Assembly: GCA_036867785.1 (NCBI GenBank)
Contig: CP145417.1
Coordinates: 186,001 to 250,000 of the forward strand
Direction of reading: 5' to 3'
Source: Plasmodiophora brassicae
Taxonomy: Eukaryota
DNA: 64,000 nt
Of this stretch, positions 36,319-47,280 are shown in pieces (the stretch's first letter is position 1; every line of letters begins with the position of its first letter). Position numbers and translations under genes: made by a program. Below the pieces are notes generated by a model. It made no database searches, was not told the DNA's origin, and worked only from the letters and a program-made list of their open reading frames with translations.

Positions 36319-37722
36319 ATGGCGGCTACTGCGTCCGCCTGCATTATGGGATTGGCGTTAGCAGTTGTGGCGCGAATGGCTTCGGCATCGGTAACAATCT
36401 CGAGAGCAGACGGCACAAGTGAACAGCTCTTCAGCGTTCCCATGTTGCTCGGCAATGAGTCGTTCGCTGCTGTCACAGCGCGCTCTGTTGTCAGGATACC
36501 CTCTGAGATGATGCTGCATACGGAACCGGAGGTTATTGCAGAACGTCTCACTCAGATCTCCCCTCTACCACTGACGCAGGTGTTCCTTTTCATCGAATAT
36601 CCGGTCTCTTTCAATGTGGCCTTGTTCACGGCCGTGTGTGCGCGGTGCCAGTGCCTCGGATTGCTGGTTGGTAACTGCGATGGCGCGTCAAGGACGTACT
36701 TCACTTGGATGGCTACGCCTGATCCTCGCGTTCCATGTGCTGTTATGGCATCACCTGTGACAGCAAAGGTTTTGGATTCGCTCTCCCATAACACAACCGT
36801 CTCTTACACGATGACGTCTGACGGGATCGATCCTGGCTGGGATGCCATTCAACATGGTACGTTGCTGATGGCGATTGCTGCTGCGTTGTTCCTTGCGCTT
36901 GCACTGCTTGCAGCGTTCAAAGGCATCGTGTTCTGTCTAGGCACAAACGGCCGGGTCTTGCGACTGGCGGATATACCCAGACCTCAGATGTACATCGTAT
37001 GCATGCACTTCATGTCTGCCATTACCGACCTGATCACGTTCGTGAATATCGCGGCTTGGAACTTTCGAGGGCTTTCCTATGGTTCCCAAAACATTCTTTC
37101 CGAAACCAGCAATCCGTTGAACACGTCGGCAACCATTGCCATGGCACTTCTGCTTCGCGAAGCATCTCAGTGTGGGGCGCAAACGTTCGGCCAACGGCTG
37201 TCCAGGCTCGCCGTATATGTCCTGGCATTGGGGTTGCTGGTCGGATCCTTGGCCGTTTATATCGGCGAGTTCGTCACGTTTCGTCGCTCCGGTGGGGACT
37301 TGCTTACGGTAGGGATGGTGGCAATCAACTACTTGTTCGCGTCCGTTTACTTCACCTGCTTCGGGTACGCCACAGCGAGACGGCTTGTTCGCATGAAAGG
37401 TACCTTGTCGGAGGGCGAAATTCGTCGCCGTCGACGGTTCACCCTGCGTCTGGTTCGCAGTGGGTTCTTCGGCTTCGCCACGCTTCTGACAATGCTGGGT
37501 ATCGTGGGGATCACAGCAATCGACGGGGCCTTCGCGACGTTCTGGACCCTGTATGGCCTAAATGCCATCTGTAGTGCTGTGACTCGGATGCTGGAAATAT
37601 CGGCGTTCGCTCCGGCTGGTCAGAAGTACGTGATCGCCCGTGTCATGGGGTCGCGCTTCGTCAACAGCATCATGCCTATTCAGCCGGCCACTTCGCCACC
37701 CCTGCCACAGTCGACGCGCTGA
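36319..37722 (+). CDS. Intronless signal peptide + PA-like + 7TM receptor-like protein, copy C
   Basis: 467-aa ORF paralogous to copies A and B. Confidence 0.8.
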   Translation: MAATASACIMGLALAVVARMASASVTISRADGTSEQLFSVPMLLGNESFAAVTARSVVRIPSEMMLHTEPEVIAERLTQISPLPLTQVFLFIEYPVSFNVALFTAVCARCQCLGLLVGNCDGASRTYFTWMATPDPRVPCAVMASPVTAKVLDSLSHNTTVSYTMTSDGIDPGWDAIQHGTLLMAIAAALFLALALLAAFKGIVFCLGTNGRVLRLADIPRPQMYIVCMHFMSAITDLITFVNIAAWNFRGLSYGSQNILSETSNPLNTSATIAMALLLREASQCGAQTFGQRLSRLAVYVLALGLLVGSLAVYIGEFVTFRRSGGDLLTVGMVAINYLFASVYFTCFGYATARRLVRMKGTLSEGEIRRRRRFTLRLVRSGFFGFATLLTMLGIVGITAIDGAFATFWTLYGLNAICSAVTRMLEISAFAPAGQKYVIARVMGSRFVNSIMPIQPATSPPLPQSTR

Positions 37723-37978
37723 TCGAGACGTCGAACGTATCTTGTTGTCATGCCCTGCATCATATCCCCATTAAAAGAAACTCGTGTGGCAACGTTTAGG
37801 AATGACGATGTCTCTAATGCTCGAAATTTATCCAGGACGCCGCGTCAAGCAGCAGCACGAACCGCGCTGTTCAGCATTGTCGTGGTTGGGGTGCCGGAAT
37901 CGCGCGAGGCAATTGTCCCATTCGATTCTAAGTTGATTTCGGGGTTTCAGGTTGCCAAATGTCCCACTTCGAGTACGT

Positions 37979-38923
37979 TTATGAAAACCCCATGGAGCGT
38001 TGCTGACGGCGAACCTTGCGCATGATATCGGTCTTGCTGAGCAGGCCGTCACGTATCTGCACAATCGGGGCATCGTCGTCGCTGACGTTGTCTTCGGCGA
38101 GCTCCTTTTCAAGCCGGGCGATAGCCGCTTCCCGTTGCTCGATGCTCCTTTGTACCCTGTCGAGCTCTTTGGCCGACAGTACCAACGCCGTCTCTCCTGA
38201 GGCTTTCACGGGTACCCGACCTGCGTCTCCGTCAATCGCAACCGCACGAAAACGCCCTCCTACCAATGAGGTATCTGCCGATTTTCGCGTCGGTTGGGCC
38301 CGCTCTCCCGGAGGAGGCACCTGCGCCTCAGGAGTCCCATCGGTCGCCTCGTCAGCAGGACACGGGTCCCGCAGGAGGCTGGCAACCATGGTCGAATTGT
38401 GTGTGCGGTATCGGGAGGCGGCTGGAGGAAGGTCGACTGCAACAGGAGCCGAGTCCGCGAAGAACGCTCGGAACACTGTGAAGTGATTCGTCTGGGGGAT
38501 CGGCGACGTCAGGTTGAAATGCTTGGCCAGGAACGACAGCATCTTCGGCGATGGCCTGTCATATGCGATGCTTGCGGCGTCGACGTCGCCTTCGGATCGT
38601 AGCATGGTCTGGAACAGCGCCAGGCCGATCCCGCAGCGCTGGCTGGCTTCGTCGACATAAAAGTCCAGGCAGCAGAGCGGCGTTCGCTCCCTCAGCTGGA
38701 ACTTCGAGTCGTAGACGAACAGCTTTCGTGAGCCGACGCGAAGCAGGCCGGTGTAGTCGGACGTCAGGTAGATCCGATCGGTGGAGGATCGGAAGCGCGC
38801 GGCGCTGGTGATCACCTGCGGTAGGTCCTGGGCGTGCGCCGATCGCTTGCCGAGCTCGGTGATGACGCCCGCGAGGTCGTCTGGCAACGGAGCGCGCGCG
38901 TCCAACCGGATGACGCCGCTCAT
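37979..38923 (-). CDS. ATAT1: Alpha-tubulin N-acetyltransferase (MEC-17/ATAT1)
   Basis: ELGKRSAHAQ.L...ITS, GLLRVGSRKLF, CCLDFYVDEASQRCGIG..LFQTML, AYDRPSPKMLSFLAKHF, PQTNHFTVF. Confidence 0.92.
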   Translation of the reverse strand: MSGVIRLDARAPLPDDLAGVITELGKRSAHAQDLPQVITSAARFRSSTDRIYLTSDYTGLLRVGSRKLFVYDSKFQLRERTPLCCLDFYVDEASQRCGIGLALFQTMLRSEGDVDAASIAYDRPSPKMLSFLAKHFNLTSPIPQTNHFTVFRAFFADSAPVAVDLPPAASRYRTHNSTMVASLLRDPCPADEATDGTPEAQVPPPGERAQPTRKSADTSLVGGRFRAVAIDGDAGRVPVKASGETALVLSAKELDRVQRSIEQREAAIARLEKELAEDNVSDDDAPIVQIRDGLLSKTDIMRKVRRQQRSMGFS

Positions 38924-39073
38924 CTTCGTCCTGTGTGACGAGCAACTGTGCCTGGCCTGCGAGGCGGCGGCTACTTGCTCACAAGGAACCCTAGCGCTGT
39001 CCCTTGACCAGTTGGTCCCCTGGGCGTTCATAAATCGCGTGTATATAAGAAAGCACCAGTGCTGGGTGCTCGT

Positions 39074-40625
39074 TCAGCTGTCGAGGTGTTCCTCGGCTGC
39101 AATCTTCGACAGGATCGTGTTGTTCAGCCTGCGCTCTGATTCGGTCCTGTTGCCAGATTGGTTACGGGCGCCGTCGGATGAAACAACGGTGTCGGACGTA
39201 CATTTGAACGTTGAGCAGGACCTTCTTCTCGTTCAGCAGGCGCATCTGCTCCTGGAGTTCGTTCTGCAGGCGGCGCTTATCGATGACGGCCTGCGCCGCC
39301 TGCTTCTCGCGACGTGCTTCGTCATCTTTCGCTACCTGGACCAGCTTCTCCCTGTACTCCCGCTCGACCTGCCACCACCGACATCAGACGCTTCGCTAGT
39401 GCACCTCTCAGGGCACAATCCGGACCTGTTTGGCGGTTGCACGACGTTCAGCACGCTCCTGGATTTGTGCCAGAAGGATCGCGTGGTCCCGATCGATGGA
39501 AGCCTGTCGCTTGGCGGCTTCAGCTTGTTCGCGTTCCTCCTGTTCCTTGGCGATCTGCTGCTGGGCGCGGGCGATGCGCTCGTCCTCGATCTTGACCTGT
39601 GCGTTGCGCTCGTCGATAACGGCCTGGAACAGGGTGCTCTTCGTCTCCTGCTTGGTGTGCCGGTCGTCAATCATGCGCTGGCGCTCGGCGTCCTGCCTGT
39701 CGAGCATCTCGGCGTACCGCCTCTGCAATTCCCTGTTCTCCGCCACCTCCTGCGCCGCCGTTTCCATCTTCCGCTGCCGCTCCCTGTTGTTCTCCACGAT
39801 CACTTCCCATTGCTGCGCCCGGTGCCTCTGCTTCTTCAACGCGTTCTCCACCTTCTCGGCGTTCAAGCGGCGTAGCAGGTCCTCTCGGGCTCGCTCTGCC
39901 GCCTCTCGCTCCAGCGCCTGCTTGGTCTTGCGCGCCTCGACGCACCCGCTGATCTGCGACATCCGCGATTGTTTCAGCTCCTCCATCTTCTGTCGGCGTG
40001 CTGCCTGGATCGCGCGATCCTGTTCGACGAACAGGCCATGCTCGCGCTGCTTCGCTAGCATCTCCTTCTTCATGTCTTCCTCATGCTGTCGGCGCGCTTG
40101 CTCGTGCAGATTCATCTGGTGCAGCAGGTCCCTCCGGTACTGTTCCTTGCGCGCTTCGCTCTGGGCGTGCTGCTCCTGGACGCTCTTCTCGAACTGCTTC
40201 TGCTCGAACGAGATGATGGACGCCCAGTTGAGGCTGTCCCTTTCCCGTGCCTTGGACACATCCTGTGGCGCCGTCTTCCGCAGGCGGTCTCCCCACTGCT
40301 CGCGTTTCGTGTCGTCCTTGAGCTTCTGTTCGAAATCGCCGGTGGTGTGTGCTGGATCCGTAACCGGAGCCGGCGGGGCGCCTTTCGCTGGAGCGGGGCG
40401 ACCGCTTAGGCACGGTCCGGCCGGAACGCTGCCACCCTCGTGCTGCTGCTGCTGCTGGTCTGCAAGTGGTCGTTGCTTGCGTGGGCGGCGCTGCCTATGG
40501 CGCTCGATCTTGGCGTCCAGGCTATTGCCCGCCTCCGCTTCCAGGTACAGACGAGCCAGCATCGCGCGCGCCTGTCGCGTCAAATGCCCACCCGCATACA
40601 ACGACGCCGCCTGCACCTTCGTCAT
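39074..40625 (-). CDS. Long E/Q/R/K-rich coiled-coil protein (trichohyalin-plectin-homology-like, possibly ciliary), multi-exon
   Basis: Highly charged helical ORF 39408-40757 continued by two spliced exons ending ...EEHLDS*. Confidence 0.65.
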
Positions 40626-40770
40626 TGCGATCCGCAGACGACTTGCAATGACACTACCGCGAGAGGGGGCGCGTGCTCCCCCTGAGACACTCGCCAGTAT
40701 CTCAGTGTCCCTCGTCACTCGTCCCGCTGGTATTAATATCTTGGCAACCACTGCCAAAAGGCACTGACCT

Positions 40771-40839
40771 GCGCGTTACGTACAGTGAGTGAGCTGCACG
40801 GCGCGTTACGTACAGTGAGTGAGCTGCACGGCGCGTTAC
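40771..40839. repeat. Perfect 30-bp tandem repeat, 2.3 copies
   Basis: GCGCGTTACGTACAGTGAGTGAGCTGCACG twice, followed by GCGCGTTAC. Confidence 0.92.
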
Positions 40840-40961
40840 ACGGGCGGGTCGCGCTGCCTACATCATGGGCGTGCCGCTACTGCGGTTGCCAGCCGCCGGG
40901 GGGCGCGTTCCAATCATTGGGGGTGGCATTGATGTTGCGGTGATCGGGGTCGAAGTTGCGC

Positions 40962-41963
40962 ATGTCGGCGGCGGTGGACCGGACGGGCACCTACCGGGAC
41001 GCCGTACGACGGATACGCGCCCAGCGCGGGCTGCCTGATGACGACGCGGTCCTGCCAGTGCCCACGCGCGACGCCGTGCTCGTCGCCGCCGACGCTATGG
41101 TCGGAGTGGCCCGCTCGCCCGGATCGCCGGCTGTCGTCTAACACGAATCGTAGATGTCGTTGCTGGTTCGGGAAGAGATGCTCGTCAGGGATCGTCGCCC
41201 GGCGTATCTGTCGATATCGAGGTATGCGACCGGGTCGTCGATGTCGACCGAAGAACGCGACGCGTTTGACGCCGACCTGAACGCGTTCGTCAAGCAGTTC
41301 GGCGACGAGCTCGAACTGCTGAAGAAGAAGGCGTCGACGATGGAGGCGGGTAACGCTGACCTCAACCTGCATTATCGCCTGGTCGTCCTGATCCTGTACA
41401 CTCGCCTGCAGTCGCTGGTGGAGATGGTTCGAGAGATGCGCGCCGAGCGCTCGCAGCGCTTGAAGACGCGTCCGGACGCGCAGCGACAAATCGCTCGTGT
41501 GCAACGCGACCCGTCGCCGGCCATCAAGGCTGTGCAGTCCACGATCGCGGTCGATGAGCGGCCGCCGGACGAGGCCTTGCTGGTTGCTGACCAACAGGAG
41601 CAGCAGCAGCAGCAGCAGCAGCAGATGGAGCAGCTCTCAGCCCACCAGGTCCAGGAGCTCGAACACGAGAACGCGGCCCTGTTAGCGGCACTCGACGCCG
41701 ATATGTCGGCGGTTAGAACCGCCGAGACGAGGCTGGGCGAGATCGCCGAGTTGTTCTCGCAGTTCTCCACCAAGGTCCTCGAGCAGCAGTCGCAGATCGA
41801 CACGATCTACAGCAACGTCGTCGACAGCAAATCGAACATGGACATGACGCTGCACCAGCTGATGCGCACGTTGAAACACAGCGTCCACTTCCGCCTCAAC
41901 ATCCTCGTCATCTTCGTCGTTGCCGCGCTGTCGCTCCTCTTCCTCGACTGGTTCCAAGCATGA
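40962..41963 (+). CDS. STX18: Syntaxin-18/Ufe1/SYP81 Qa-SNARE (one intron near 41100-41153)
   Basis: N-terminal DRT..YR; MSTEERDAFD; LEHEN..LL; SNARE motif E..L.EIAEL...F..KVLEQ...ID; TM ending LLFLDW; CAG-encoded polyQ. Confidence 0.88.
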
Positions 41964-42098
41964 CCGTACAATGCAACGGGCTTGTATTATTATTGTTACT
42001 AGATGACCGAGTAGGGGGCCGACGGTCCCCTCCTGACTCGATCTGCGAAGACAACTGCTTCCAGTACGACACGCACGTATACAAGCAGCAGCTGCCTA

Positions 42099-45000
42099 TG
42101 TTAAGCATCGAGTGTTCAGTTGAACCGTTTAGTTGAATGCACTTGATGCCCATATGCTCTATGCAGAAGACGAACTTCGGTTTCGACACGAGTTTGGTTA
42201 GGGCGGCGGCGATCGTCTCCGCGGTGGGTATCTGCTTGACTCTCACCGTTCCCGCCCTTTCCTGCTCGCAAGTGTAATGATACTTGACCACGATGTGCTT
42301 GGTGCGGGCGTCGGTCCGATTGTTCTTCGTGAGTTTGACGCAGCCGTCGTTGTCTTCATACACTGTCGTTGGTCTCGTTTGGCGGAATCCGATTCCGTCG
42401 AGCAGTTGGCGAAGCCACACAATCTCGCGGACGGCGTCGTAAAGGGCCATGTACTCCGCGTGTACTGTCGACGTTACGACTGACGATTGCAGTTTGGATT
42501 TCCACCCGATCGGGCCGCGCGCCATCACGATCACGTAGCCTGTTGTGGATCGGAATGTATCCGGGTCGTTCGCGAAATCGCTATCGCAATAGGCGACGGG
42601 GTTAGGGTTGTCCGCATCCGGCATCTCGCTTGTACGTTATGCCCTATGTTCTTGATGTCGGGGCGTGTCCTTCATTTCCTCCCGTTCTCGCGTGTTCGAT
42701 GGGCCCATGTTCGCGAGAACCTTTGCGACGGGTAGTATGGGAGGCTCGCCGGGCGGCAATCTTGCATGGTGAACCTTTTAAGGAGCCCTTCGACGTAATA
42801 CTCCTGGTCGATCTCGGATGGAGCCGTCGATCGGGTCGCGATGCACCCGCATTCCCAGGAGCTTCAATTTTCAGCTCTCCAAGGTCGTGGATTTCACACT
42901 CACCTGCGATGTTCTTGACGGTTGAGTCGCATAGTTCGTCGTTGTTGTGTAAATACCAGCAGTGAATCGTCGACGTGTATTAGGGCCATGATTATGAACT
43001 GTGGTCCCTTGCGCAGCAGATATACGCATGGGTCGGCGCTGATCCTGACGAATCCGAGTCTCGTACGGAATTTGTGGAACCTCCTGTTTGTAGGATCGTG
43101 TATAGAGAACCTCAGCGTCCTCGTTCCCAGATCTCCTGATCCTTCTCCCCTTCTGCCTTCCGGCCTTCCCGCATGCCGTACGGAATCTGCCTGGTCTTAG
43201 GGCTGCCTCTCCTAGATCAGTGCAATTCTTGGTATCTGTGGCTGCGACAGGGCATGCTGCACTGCTCCACCGTCTACACTGCCCTTTTCGGAACATGACC
43301 TGGGTGCAGACGTAGAGATACGTAGGCTCGTTACTGCCTTCGTGCGACACGTAGGCGTTACTTGGTTCGTGTGCGCGTTCAGATTGGTCACGCCCGATTC
43401 TTGAGATTAGACTCATCGCAATAAGGACGGAGTTGAGTGAATCAGACCCGCCGGACCGTGTCAGCATAGTGATAACAGTTCTCAGCCATACTGAGGACAT
43501 CCACCCCCACGTGGGAGGTGGTCACCTCGTTACAGGCACCCATCCATTCCAAATCACTCCAGCGAGTCACCAAACGTTCCATATTTCCCAGTGATCCATC
43601 CAACCGTCCCCATGTGGTGTACGACAAGTCATACGCCGACATTAAGGCACCATTTCCAATTCCCACAGTTCCCAATTCGCACCCAGTTCCATCCAATTCC
43701 AGTTCCCGTTCCCCATGCACTGATTCTGAACGAGGACGCTGAGGTTCTCTATACACGATCCTACAAAACAGGTTTTAGTGCGGTCGACGAGATCCAAAGC
43801 ACTATGGCACGACGATTGAAGCCCGGGCAGCAGCCAATGGCGGAGGGGCTGGACCCGACCTCACTGAAGAAGTTGGAGGAGCAGTACGCGGACTACTGTC
43901 GCAGCACGTGGGAGGCGGAGGCGTACCTGCCGGAGCGAGAACGACGCGGCCCAGTCTCAATCCGGAACTGCTTCAAGTTTCATGAACGACAGGCAATTGC
44001 GATGGACGAGCTGGGACTGCAGGACGAACAGGAGATGACGGATGCTCACCTCGTAGATAGCCGTGAGAATCGGGTTTCCGAGCAGCGTCTTCGCAATCAT
44101 CGTCGAGATGTAGAATCGCATGTTGTACAGCGTCAATGTCCCGTGTTCGCCGTGCAGTTCCATGATCGGAACGGCAAGGACCTTCGAGCTGACCTCAGTG
44201 GTCTTGTCATCACCCAGGACAATCTCGATCGCATCAATCTCCTGTATCGCAGCTGCATCGTCAAGCCGTTCTGCAATGTTCGCCGGTATGACGTTGCCTC
44301 CACGACATTCGGAATCTAGAGCGCACTCGAATGTGGTCTCCCCGATGGTTGCCCTCAGAGTGCCATCGCTTGCAACACAATCGTACAATCGAACACGTGC
44401 CGCGTTCATTCCGCGGTTGCCGCGCTCCTCCTCCGTCGGCGGTTGCGGGCAGTCGCTCACGTAGTGATCGCCCTTGCATCGGAAACAATCACCTTTAGGG
44501 GATTTCTTCGTGTCAAGGTTGCCGTCCTGCTCATCTTCTCGATTACGTCCTCCGTTTCGCTGGCTTCCGCCTCCCGCAGGTACGACTTCCTGCTGTCCTC
44601 CCGGCGTGTCCCGACCGGGTCCTTCAGTCTTGCGTCGACCAGGATCTCCTCCGTGTCGTCCGTTCGGGCCTTCACGTTCATGACCGCGTCCGTTGCGCTC
44701 GGATCCGCTACCGAATCGTTGACGCTTGGTAGTAGGTTCTGGGGACCGTCGACCGCCTCGCTTGTTGACCTTTAGACCGCGAGGGTGGTTGCCGCCATTG
44801 CCCTTCGCGATTGCCCTCAGTTGGGCGACCGTCTCCTTGTCGGATGCGCTCGGGTTGCCCAACACGTCGACGACCGAGTTAGCGTAGCGAATGACCTCCT
44901 GGAACAGACATTCGATGTCGCCCGTGCGCGCTTCAGGGTCCCGCTCTACCCAGTCGGCCATGTGCTTCTGTAGCGGAATCGGCTTCAGGGCCTCCACCAC

Positions 45001-46872
45001 CAGCTTACCCAAAACGCGCCTCCCCGCCTGGTCGTCATTCATCCACTCCAGGCCGTTCTGGGAGAGCAGACGCCGCAGCTCGAAACGAATCGACTTGATC
45101 CGGTCGATCAGGAAGGGCAGCTTCGAGTTCATAGCCAGCTCGTTCGCTAGCAGCCTCTCGCCGCCTTGAGGTTGTGCGCCATTCTGCTCCCGAGCTGTGA
45201 GACCTCCTCGGCCATCCACGCTACGAGGTGAGCGTCCGTCATCTCCTGCTCGTCCTGGAGTCCCATCTCGTCCATCGCAATTGCCTGTCGTTCATGAAAC
45301 TTGAAGCAGTTCCGGATTGAGACTGGGCCGCGTCGTTCTCGCTCCGGCAGGTACGCCTCCGCCTCCCACGTGATGCGACAGTAGTCCGCGTACTGCTCCT
45401 CCAACTTCTTCAGTGAGCTCGGGTCCAGCCCTCCGCCATTGGCTGCTCCCCGGGCTTCAATCGTCGTGGCATAGTGCTTTGGATCTCGTCGATCGCACTA
45501 AAACCAGTTTTGTAGGATCGTGTATAGAGAACCTCAGCGTCCTCGTTCCCAGATCTCCTGATCCTTCTCCCCTTCTGCCTTCCGGCCTTCCCGCATGCCG
45601 TACGGAATCTGCCTGGTCTTAGGGCTGCCTCTCCTAGATGCTATTCTTGGTATCTGTGGCTGCGACAGGGCATGCTGCACTGCTCCACCGTCTACATGTT
45701 CCAGATCCGACCTGCCTGCTTGGGTCCGTACAATGCCTTGCGTAGCTGGCAGACAAGGTTGCTGGATCCTGGATCGGTGAACGCTTCCGGCTGTTTCATG
45801 TAGACTTGTTCGTCAGGCTCAAGTTCCCCGTTGAGGTTTATTTTATTTGTGTTTCGCAATTTTCAAGCAGGCGCCTCGGTCTCGGGTCCGAGGACCGTAT
45901 AGGATCAGCTTCCAGAACGTCAGCTTCTCCCGGCCTGGCAGTGCCGGCCTGTCACCTTTGTGCTGGGATCTCGCAAGTGGCGACTCCGGGGCGAGTGTGA
46001 GGGTCCCCGTTGAAGTACGCGCCGACTACATCAATCTGTCGTAGTTTGTAGCCGTGTTGGGCAGCTATCGCAAGCAGCAGTCATATCGATTCCTGGTGGG
46101 CGACGGGCGTAAACATTTCGTCGAAGTCAATACCCGGTCGTTGGGAAACGCCTAACTTGTACGACAAGCATGGCCTTGAACTTGTCGACCGTTCCGTCCT
46201 CTTTCGCCTTTACAGTGAAGACCCATTTGCAGCCGATTGCCTTTCGTGCGGGTGGTAGGGAACGAAACTCCCAGGTTCGGAAGAGGATTACGCGGCGCGG
46301 ACGGTGGCCGGCTTCGGCCACGAGGTTCGCCTGAAGCTTGATTTGGGTGCTTGTGCTCTGGATACAGGCGTTGTTTTCTTCTGGGCGGCTCTCGTCTACA
46401 TCCTCATGAGCACCAGGGAATGCAGATCGGCGCACGAACTGTGGACGGCTCTAACTGAAACGTACTAGAGTTCATCGATGGCGGCAATGGTCGCCGCGTT
46501 CGCGGACCTGGTCGAGAAGAAGGAGCCGCACCAAGTTCGTGCGCCGATCTGCATTCCCTGGTGCTCATGAGGATGTCGTCGGATAGTCGCAGGCTGGTCT
46601 TTGCCTTCGCCACCTTATCCTTGCTTGTCCAGTCAGCGTCTCCGTCTATCGGTCTCGGTGTATCCCTCGCGGATGCGAGACTCTCCACGTCGATGCCGGC
46701 CACACCATCGAGGCCCTTGTCCGTCAGGTAGGACGCCATGCGCATAGCCCAGACCGCGTAGTTGTCTCCTGTCAGGCGTGGAACCTTGCCAGTGTCCCCC
46801 TTGCCTATGGTGAGCCGATGGAACTTTTAATCTGTTAAGGATAGTGTATTCAGTTGAACCGTTTAGTTGAAC
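42099..46872 (-). mobile_element. Degenerate Ty1/Copia retrotransposon
   Basis: Gag (LTGDNYAVWAMRM..YL) near 46750; RT (AIGCKWVF.VK...G...KFKA.LV; KALYG.KQAGR.WN; SADPCVY); RNase H (YCDSDFA...RSTTGY...W.SKLQ...ST..AEY...YEDN...RTKHI..KYH) at 42130-42624; no integrase seen; ~40-bp terminal direct repeats. Confidence 0.9.
43089..45696 (-). mobile_element. Non-autonomous Ty3/Gypsy-like LTR element nested in the Copia RT
   Basis: LTRs 43089-43278 and 45511-45696 (TGTAG...CTACA, nearly identical); 4-bp TSD TGTT; gag with zinc knuckle CFRCKGDHYVSDC and protease-like CALDSE; frameshifted; no RT or integrase seen. Confidence 0.88.
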
Positions 46873-47280
46873 GAATGCGTATATTGCCCCGCGTCTCGCG
46901 TCGTTCCTTCGGCTGCGGGTGCTGGAACATTCCGCCGTTGCGTGGCGTGATCGGTCGGATTCTGGGCCGCCGGCACCGGAATGTTCTGGGGTGCCGGCAT
47001 TGGGGGTTCTGCGGTGCTGGTTGCTGGATTGCAACGTCAAAAACCTAGACGATATCGCGATGGGCAACAACGTCTCAGTCATCAGGGCTCGACGACGCAT
47101 ACGCGCGCGGTTCCGCTACCACGGCCGAGCCGGAACGTTACGGTGACCTGTGTCGGCAGTTCGACGCGCGACCCGTGGCCAGTGGGAGCTGCATGCCGGC
47201 ACGCCACGGAGAAATGCTAATTCGGCCGATGGCGCTCTGCTAAACTTGGGTGCAGCCGTCAGCGACGCGTGCCCGAGTCG

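Noticed and set aside
40771-40839. CRISPR-like 30-bp repeat
   Set aside because: The copies are contiguous with no spacers, there are no cas genes, and the context is eukaryotic.
43640-43715. CCA(A/G)TTCC repeats as telomeric or regulatory array
   Set aside because: Short, degenerate low-complexity sequence inside the retroelement.
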